A stretch of DNA of 64,000 nucleotides, from the NCBI GenBank assembly GCA_030747695.1, contig JASLKG010000007.1, positions 2,261-66,260 of the forward strand, given 5' to 3'. The stretch comes from Candidatus Poseidoniaceae archaeon. Lineage in GTDB: Archaea; Thermoplasmatota; Poseidoniia; Poseidoniales; Poseidoniaceae. The translations under genes and the position numbers were made by a program. Shown piece by piece: positions 57,623 through 64,000 of the stretch. Position 1 is the stretch's first letter, and each line of letters begins with the position of its first letter. The notes beneath the pieces are model-generated. The model was not told the origin of the DNA. It did not search any database and saw only the letters and a list, made by a program, of their open reading frames with translations.

Positions 57623-59083
57623 TTACAGAATTGGTTGGTTTCTTAACCATTCCAAATCAGAGATGTATAGTTGTCTAATGTCATCTAACTCTAGCACCAA
57701 CATGGCGAGTCTTTCTAAGCCCATTCCCCATGCACATACTGGGTCTTCTATTCCTAATGGTTCAGTGACTTCTGGACGGAAAATACCTGCTCCCCCTAAT
57801 TCTAGCCATTTCCCTCTCCACTTCACTTCAACTTCTAGTGATGGTTCAGTGTATGGGAAATATGCTGGTCTCACTCTAACTTCGGGATAACCCATTTTTT
57901 CATAGAATGTTTTCAGAGTTGTAACAAGCATTCCTAAATTAGCACCAGGTTCCATTATTATTCCTTCAATTTGGTGAAATTCTGGTAAATGAGTTCTGTC
58001 AATACTTTCTTTCCTGAAAACTCTGTCAATAGCAAAAACCCTGCAAGGGTCTTTTGGATTACGCGCTAAATACTGTATCGTATTCACAGTAGTGTGAGTT
58101 CTCAATAGTCCCTTTTGGCTAATCTCCTCACTAAATGTGCCGCCCCATCCTGTAGAAGCCGTATCACCTCCATGCTCATGAATCGCCTTCCATTGGGATA
58201 ATAATTCAGGATCAAGATCTATACTTCGTGGATTGTCAAGGTAGAATGTATCCTGCATTTCACGAGCTGGATGATCTTGTGGGATGAATAGTGCGTCCAT
58301 GTTCCATCCAGCAGTTTGAACATAATCATCAACTAATTCTGAAAAACCCATTTCAAGAAAGACTTGACGAATCCGTTCAATCAGTGCCTGCATTGGATGA
58401 GATCGTCCTGTACGAGGTGTTGATGCTTCTAATGCCACATCATATGGTCTAAATTCAGCGTTTTTCCATTCATCTGACTGTAGTAACTCAGGAGTTATTT
58501 CAGCGATTGTTACAATTTCTGCAAGATCATCAGAGGAAATATCCATCCCAGCATCGGTAATCGACCACCTTCTTGAAATAACTTCAACAGTTTCAATAAG
58601 ATTTTTTCTTCCCTTAAAGTGTTGATAGTATTCAGAATCGAGTGAGGGAGAATTTAGGAATTCGGTTCTTTCTTCAATAGTTTTGGTAATATTTTCAGGA
58701 TCAGAATATGAAAAAGCTCCTCCCTCAATCTTCACACCGAGGCCTTTCAACAATCCGATTCCAGGACCCGATTCATGGCGCTCAAATGAGTCCGAGAGTT
58801 CCTTCATAGTTGGATTATTATTTTTTAGAATCCATGACCAGATTCTTGATTCAAGAAGCCCATCTTTGACAGCCTTCTCTCCCTCAGAACCTAGGATTAC
58901 AGAAGTGTTTGAAGTTTCTTCAATTTTGACAAAACCATTGTTAGACAAACCATGGCCAGCACCAACAGCAACTGCTTGATCATCCCAGTTACAAGCAGAT
59001 AGGACCTCTTCTAGAGTCCATTTCTTCTTTACCCCCTGCATTGCAGACAACATCCGTTTTTCTGGGTTGGTTAGGTCCGCCAT
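57623..59083 (-). CDS. pheS: phenylalanine--tRNA ligase alpha subunit (archaeal type)
   Basis: PQDHPAREMQDTF, LRTHTT, FRKESIDRTHLPEFHQ, YFPYTEPS, WGMGLERL. Confidence 0.97.
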   Translation of the reverse strand: MADLTNPEKRMLSAMQGVKKKWTLEEVLSACNWDDQAVAVGAGHGLSNNGFVKIEETSNTSVILGSEGEKAVKDGLLESRIWSWILKNNNPTMKELSDSFERHESGPGIGLLKGLGVKIEGGAFSYSDPENITKTIEERTEFLNSPSLDSEYYQHFKGRKNLIETVEVISRRWSITDAGMDISSDDLAEIVTIAEITPELLQSDEWKNAEFRPYDVALEASTPRTGRSHPMQALIERIRQVFLEMGFSELVDDYVQTAGWNMDALFIPQDHPAREMQDTFYLDNPRSIDLDPELLSQWKAIHEHGGDTASTGWGGTFSEEISQKGLLRTHTTVNTIQYLARNPKDPCRVFAIDRVFRKESIDRTHLPEFHQIEGIIMEPGANLGMLVTTLKTFYEKMGYPEVRVRPAYFPYTEPSLEVEVKWRGKWLELGGAGIFRPEVTEPLGIEDPVCAWGMGLERLAMLVLELDDIRQLYISDLEWLRNQPIL

Positions 59084-59151
59084 GATACGTCGTAAACAGA
59101 AGAGCACTTCAAGAAAGCGGCAGGGTTGCTTTCAGTACTGCATTAATTAGG

Positions 59152-59224
59152 AGCCAACGGAGGGACTCGAACCCCCGACCGTCGGATTACAAATCCGAAG
59201 CACTACCAGCTATGCTACGTTGGC
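59152..59224 (-). tRNA. tRNA-Thr(TGT)
   Basis: Reverse complement GCCAACG...TCGGA-TTTGTAA-TCCGA...GTTCGAGTC...CGTTGGC-T. Confidence 0.95.
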
Positions 59225-59298
59225 GTTGACCCATCCGAAACACAAAGGGGTCATGAATGCGTCGGCAGGTCAATAGCGTCGAACCAAATGGCTTCTCC

Positions 59299-60576
59299 AT
59301 GGCTGAAGAGCATTTCTTGAACCACGCAGCAATTGCAAAACAAGGTTCAGATACAATCTTTAGTTGGTGGGCAAAATATCAGAATGCTAAGAATGCGGGA
59401 GTAGATGCAGTTAATGCTACCATTGGTGCATTATTGGAAGATGATGGGCAACTAGCAATTAACAAAGTGGTAGATAATGCGGTACGAGTTGCGCCTGAAT
59501 CAGAGATCTCTTCATACGCACCATTACCAGGGTTACCACAATTTCTTGATTTGTCTAAAACATTAGCATTAGGTGACGCACGTGGTTATCTTGAGAAAGC
59601 GGGATTCCACATCTCATCTACAGCAACACCAGGAGGTTCTGGAGCCCTTTATCTTGCTGCAAATAATTTTCTTGAAAGAGGTCAGACCACTATGCTAAGG
59701 GATAGACATTGGGAACCATACAAAGGCTTTCTTACTAACAATGGACTAGAGTGTAAAACATGGCCACTTCTCCCGGCTCATGTTAGTGATTCTCATCCTT
59801 ATTTTGCGCGCATAGAATTTGAGGAAACTCTTGCAGGTCTTTGTTCTAAACAGAGCAAGGTTATGGTTTGGCTGAATGACCCAGCACACAATCCGACAGG
59901 CCTTTCTATGACATCAAACGGGAGGTCTACTTTATTGGATTCGTTTGTAAGTTCAGCATTAATGAATGAAAGTGTGGGCCACACATTGCTTATTGATTTG
60001 GCATATTCACTTTATGCCGAAGAACCACATGGCTGGGCAGATACAATATTGGACGCCATTAAATCTGGTATGATGTGGCCCGAAAATCTTTTGATCACAT
60101 TTGCAGTTTCACTTTCAAAGTCTCATACCATTTATGGTCTTAGGACGGGGGCATTAGTCAGCTTGCATCCAGAAAAGGAAATAATAGACAGGCTAGAAAC
60201 AGTGATGAGCGTTACAGGTAGACAAACATGGTCCGCAGCCCCTAGAATTGCACAATATTGTGTCAGCAAAATTCATTCTTCTGCAGATGAAGGCTTGGCA
60301 TGGGAAGATGAAAAGAACCGGTTGAAACAATTGTTAGTGAATCGTAGAAATGCATTGAAAGTTGCTTGTGAAAATTTACAGGTCCCATTGAATCCAACCA
60401 TGGATGGTTTTTTTGCATGGATTGAAGCAGATAACCCTGTAGAAATTGCAGAATCTTGTGCTAGTGAGCACGTATATGTTGTTCCCTTAAAAGGTGGAAT
60501 TAGAATTGGCCTTTGTGCCTTGCCGCTTAATCAAGTAGCGAAAGTCGCACAGGCATTATCAAATGCTTTCAGGTGA
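59299..60576 (+). CDS. class I/II PLP-dependent aminotransferase
   Basis: NATIG, TPGGSGAL, NDPAHNPTG, DLAY, SLSKSHTIYGLRTGA. Confidence 0.9.
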   Translation: MAEEHFLNHAAIAKQGSDTIFSWWAKYQNAKNAGVDAVNATIGALLEDDGQLAINKVVDNAVRVAPESEISSYAPLPGLPQFLDLSKTLALGDARGYLEKAGFHISSTATPGGSGALYLAANNFLERGQTTMLRDRHWEPYKGFLTNNGLECKTWPLLPAHVSDSHPYFARIEFEETLAGLCSKQSKVMVWLNDPAHNPTGLSMTSNGRSTLLDSFVSSALMNESVGHTLLIDLAYSLYAEEPHGWADTILDAIKSGMMWPENLLITFAVSLSKSHTIYGLRTGALVSLHPEKEIIDRLETVMSVTGRQTWSAAPRIAQYCVSKIHSSADEGLAWEDEKNRLKQLLVNRRNALKVACENLQVPLNPTMDGFFAWIEADNPVEIAESCASEHVYVVPLKGGIRIGLCALPLNQVAKVAQALSNAFR

Positions 60577-60582
60577 GATTAT

Positions 60583-60960
60583 ATGAGAAATAAGAGGGAA
60601 AATTTCCTTATCTCTAGTTCTGTATTAATAGTACTTGGAGCAATGTTTTCATTTGGAGCGGATATAATGATGGGTGCAATTATGGGCCTGTCAGGAATAA
60701 TTTGTTTCATTGTAGGAATGAGTATTCCAAGTAGACTTGAAATGAGCCCAGAAGCAATTGCTTCATGGAAGCCAACAATAGAGAGGTTACCTGATGCTGG
60801 CCGATTCATGTACCGCGTAGATGTGACTTTGGATGAACCATATAGTTCTCAAATATTGTGTGGTCCATGTGGTCACCTTGAGGAAGTCAAAGGGCTAAAA
60901 CCTCTGGAGTATACATGCGTTTCATGTGGACGCGAATTGTGGATCTCAGAAGAAGAATGA
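60583..60960 (+). CDS. small membrane protein with C-terminal Zn ribbon
   Basis: Two TMs; CGPC...CVSC. Confidence 0.65.
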   Translation: MRNKRENFLISSSVLIVLGAMFSFGADIMMGAIMGLSGIICFIVGMSIPSRLEMSPEAIASWKPTIERLPDAGRFMYRVDVTLDEPYSSQILCGPCGHLEEVKGLKPLEYTCVSCGRELWISEEE

Positions 60961-61000
60961 TTCCTGCAAACTTATTGCATCCTTTCTAGTCGCGTTAGAT

Positions 61001-61867
61001 ATGGCAGCCACTCGTTTAGACGGCAAAGCTTGTGCTGCAGACTTAGAAGAAAGACTCAAAACACGTATAAGCAAATGTCATTCACAACCACATTTAGCTG
61101 TGATTATTGTTGGTGATGACCCAGCCTCACATGTCTATGTTAACAACAAAATACGTTCATGTGAACGTCTAGGAATAAAATCAACTCATATTTCATTACC
61201 TGAAGATGTAAATCAAGAGGTCGTTGCAAAACACATTAGGGAAATGAATAGTGATGACGAATTACATGGTATACTTATTCAATCACCATTACCTCAAAAT
61301 TTGGATGAAGAATCACTGACTGAACTTATAGATCCAAAGAAAGATGTTGATGGTTTTCATCCAATTAATTTAGGCAGATTAGTACAAGGAAGAGCAGATG
61401 GTATGGTCCCCTGTACACCTTTAGGTGTAATGGAAATGCTGAGTTGGGCAGGTGTTGATTTGTCTGGGAAAAAGGCAGTAGTCATTGGACGCTCATTCAA
61501 TGTGGGAATGCCTCAGGCTTTACTATTAGCAGCAAAAGGAGCAGATGCTACAGTGACAATTGTACATTCGAGAACAAAAGATGCAAAATCAGAATGTCTG
61601 ACTGCAGATATTGTTGTTGCAGCAGTTGGCCGACCAGAAATGGTAAAATCAAATTGGATCAAACCTGGCGCTATAGTTATTGATGTAGGCATTAATCGTG
61701 TTGATGATTCTAGTAGGGAACGAGGTTGGAGATTGGCAGGTGATGTAGACCCCAAGGTGGAGGATGTTGCTTCATTACTATCGCCAGTACCTGGAGGTGT
61801 AGGCCCGATGACAGTTGCAATGTTGATGGCAAATACAGTAAGAGCAGCAGAGAGCCAACATTCTTGA
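61001..61867 (+). CDS. folD: methylenetetrahydrofolate dehydrogenase/cyclohydrolase
   Basis: VGDDPAS, KDVDGFHP, PCTP, GRS..VG.P, IDVGINR, PVPGGVGPMT. Confidence 0.97.
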   Translation: MAATRLDGKACAADLEERLKTRISKCHSQPHLAVIIVGDDPASHVYVNNKIRSCERLGIKSTHISLPEDVNQEVVAKHIREMNSDDELHGILIQSPLPQNLDEESLTELIDPKKDVDGFHPINLGRLVQGRADGMVPCTPLGVMEMLSWAGVDLSGKKAVVIGRSFNVGMPQALLLAAKGADATVTIVHSRTKDAKSECLTADIVVAAVGRPEMVKSNWIKPGAIVIDVGINRVDDSSRERGWRLAGDVDPKVEDVASLLSPVPGGVGPMTVAMLMANTVRAAESQHS

Positions 61868-61883
61868 GTACAATGCACGTAAG

Positions 61884-62582
61884 ATGTACATGGACCCGCG
61901 CCACCCACGCATATCTTTAGCGGCGTCAATTTTGGCAATATCAATCTCAGTAATTCTTATTTTGAATTTATTTGCTGGGAAATTTCTAGGACATTCAGGG
62001 GAGAAATTTCAATTTGTTGGTTGGATTTGGGGAGACTCATGGGTTTCAAATTCCTGGAGTTTGCAGGAATGGTTTGCATTAACTATGATAGTTGCATGTA
62101 TAGGGTTGACTTATTGGGCGAGAAGAGAATTTTCAACACCTATCGTCCATGAACATGGATCCTCTAGCGATCAATATGCTGCGCTCGAGGATTTACCCAC
62201 AATGGTAAACTTAGATAATTCAAATGATATAGTTAATCCGAATACTGCAGCTGTAATCGCATCAATTGTAGGAGAAACACAATCCCAGACAAAACAAGTT
62301 GTGTCTAGCGCAATAGATGCTTTATCAACTGGTGAGATAGGCCGTAGTTCAGCCGAAGTAGTATCGCATAATGATGTAAATCATGCTAATGTTAACGTGG
62401 AATTACCCAGTGCAATGAATTTAGAAAACAGAGCAGTTCCTTTGCCAGCAATACCAGATCTCGAATTACCAGAATTGTCAATATTACCTAATATTCCTGA
62501 GATGATTGATTTAGATGACTTATTGTCTGAAGAAGCAGTAGATTTACCTCCATTAGATTTACCCGAACTCCCAGATTTTTGA
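61884..62582 (+). CDS. membrane protein with acidic Leu/Pro low-complexity tail
   Basis: Two TMs followed by LPEL/LPDL-like repeats. Confidence 0.6.
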   Translation: MYMDPRHPRISLAASILAISISVILILNLFAGKFLGHSGEKFQFVGWIWGDSWVSNSWSLQEWFALTMIVACIGLTYWARREFSTPIVHEHGSSSDQYAALEDLPTMVNLDNSNDIVNPNTAAVIASIVGETQSQTKQVVSSAIDALSTGEIGRSSAEVVSHNDVNHANVNVELPSAMNLENRAVPLPAIPDLELPELSILPNIPEMIDLDDLLSEEAVDLPPLDLPELPDF

Positions 62583-62591
62583 GATGATAAT

Positions 62592-63416
62592 ATGTGGACC
62601 GAAGCGGTCGATTTACATAGCCACTCACATCATAGTGATGGCTTATTTTCTCCAGCGGAAATGGCTAAGCGTGCCTTTCAAAACGGAGTCAAGGTTTGGT
62701 CATTAACAGATCATGATACAATAGCTGGTTGGGATGAAGCAGAAGTTACTTGTAATAAATTAGGCATTAGATTCGTTCCTGGTGTAGAAATAACATGTGA
62801 AGTAGAAATCATTTCTGAGGAAAAAAATCCATCTTCATGGCATTTATTAGCATATTTCCCTGAAGAATGCAATCCTGAATTTGAAAAATGGTTGAACAAC
62901 CAAAAAAATGCACGCATACCACGAATGAAAGCAATGATTGCAGCTCTTAATGAAATGGGAATAAATGTGAAGTTTGATGAAGTAAACCATCATGCTGAAG
63001 GCTCAATAGGTAGGCCACATCTTGCGAGAGTATTGGTTGAGAAAGGAATTGTAACTAGTGTATCTGAAGCATTTGAAACACTGATTGGTGATGAATGTCC
63101 TGCATACCGTTCTAGGCCTTTGCCCAGCATTTCAGAGGCAGCAAAAATCGTACATTCTTGTGGCGGAATAACTTCATTAGCACATCCGAAATATTATGGA
63201 ATATCAATCCAGAAATTAGTTAATTGTTTGATCGAAAATAAGATAGATTGTGTTGAAGCTTTCCACAGTTCACATTCAGAAAAATATCGATATGATTTGA
63301 TTAAGACGGGTCTGCCAGTAACAGTGGGGGGGGACAGTCATGGTACTGAAAACCGCCCCTCGCCGGGAAGAGCTCTGGTGATAATCAAACATCTTCATCC
63401 TCAGTTTCACCCCTAA
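62592..63416 (+). CDS. PHP-domain phosphoesterase (TrpH/YciV-like)
   Basis: DLHSHSHHSDG, LTDHD, GVEI, GRPH, LAHP, GGDSHG. Confidence 0.92.
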   Translation: MWTEAVDLHSHSHHSDGLFSPAEMAKRAFQNGVKVWSLTDHDTIAGWDEAEVTCNKLGIRFVPGVEITCEVEIISEEKNPSSWHLLAYFPEECNPEFEKWLNNQKNARIPRMKAMIAALNEMGINVKFDEVNHHAEGSIGRPHLARVLVEKGIVTSVSEAFETLIGDECPAYRSRPLPSISEAAKIVHSCGGITSLAHPKYYGISIQKLVNCLIENKIDCVEAFHSSHSEKYRYDLIKTGLPVTVGGDSHGTENRPSPGRALVIIKHLHPQFHP

Positions 63417-64000
63417 TATAATCCCAAATTAATGCCAATTCAAATAGCAATATTATTGGGCAAGCTACCAGGAATAGAGACAAAATATCCGGTGGTGAAA
63501 ATATTGCTGCTAGAACAAATGTAGCAAACCAAATGTGTCTTCGATAAGCGACTATTGTATTTCTTTTCAATATGCCACTACGTATGGCGAGAATAGTTGC
63601 AATAGGTGCTTGAAAACCAATAATACATGCAACACACAAATTGATGATGAAACCGACAAAAGAATTCAATCTCCATTCAGTAGTTAGGCCTGCATCTTGT
63701 GCATCTGTAGCTAAGTAGTCTAATATCATTGGAGTAAGCAATTCCCACGAATACCAAAATCCACCAAATGCTAAAATAATTATGAAAATGAGTGTTATAA
63801 CTGTAGTTTGTCCAGGTCTTGGAATTTTTTGCGAAATGCCACTTTTCCATGCGGCTTCAATCAATAAAGTCAAAATTGCTAAACCAAATCCTAACCAGGC
63901 TCCTGCTCTAAATTGTATCATGATAAATTCAATGGGAGACATGACGATTATGCTGACGTCTTCTGGAAGTAAATCATATCCTAGTAGCCAATCTACGAAT
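63385..64000 (-). CDS. tatC: twin-arginine translocase TatC (5' part outside the window)
   Basis: SPIEF, GFQAP, YRRH, AAIFSPPDILS, LFE. The frame stays open to the window end. Confidence 0.88.
   Translation of the reverse strand, partial: FVDWLLGYDLLPEDVSIIVMSPIEFIMIQFRAGAWLGFGLAILTLLIEAAWKSGISQKIPRPGQTTVITLIFIIILAFGGFWYSWELLTPMILDYLATDAQDAGLTTEWRLNSFVGFIINLCVACIIGFQAPIATILAIRSGILKRNTIVAYRRHIWFATFVLAAIFSPPDILSLFLVACPIILLFELALIWDYIRGETEDEDV

Noticed and set aside
44614..59224. Region between the two tRNAs as an integrated element
   Set aside because: No integrase, no duplicated tRNA 3' end seen, and it includes the core genes pyk and pheS.

Overview
Gene-dense archaeal chromosomal segment, most likely Marine Group II (Ca. 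Poseidoniales). Support: archaeal TFB, L40e, membrane LonB, PheRS-alpha, AspRS and an A24 peptidase, alongside bacterial-type MetK/FolD and large acidic surface proteins with GGNNT linkers, TSP3-like DxDxDG repeats and Trp-rich tails. It holds about 38 genes and two tRNAs (Ala-TGC, Thr-TGT); no mobile element or CRISPR array was seen. Three things stand out. (1) A 935-aa two-TM protein carries the ordered motif series of the eukaryotic CD36/SR-BI/LIMP-2 lipid-receptor family and converges on an MMPL/RND transporter and two secreted proteins, giving a candidate archaeal lipid-scavenging system. (2) A split minus-strand cluster encodes 2-aminophenol 1,6-dioxygenase beta/alpha subunits, a 2-aminomuconate-semialdehyde-type dehydrogenase, an SDR, a luciferase-like monooxygenase and a variant class-3 asparaginase, giving a candidate non-canonical aminoaromatic/tryptophan catabolic route. 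(3) A 4,300-aa RCC1/Ig/TSP3 surface protein ends in a cytoplasmic coiled coil plus helix-hairpin-helix domain. All family calls come from motif recognition by eye; no searches were run.
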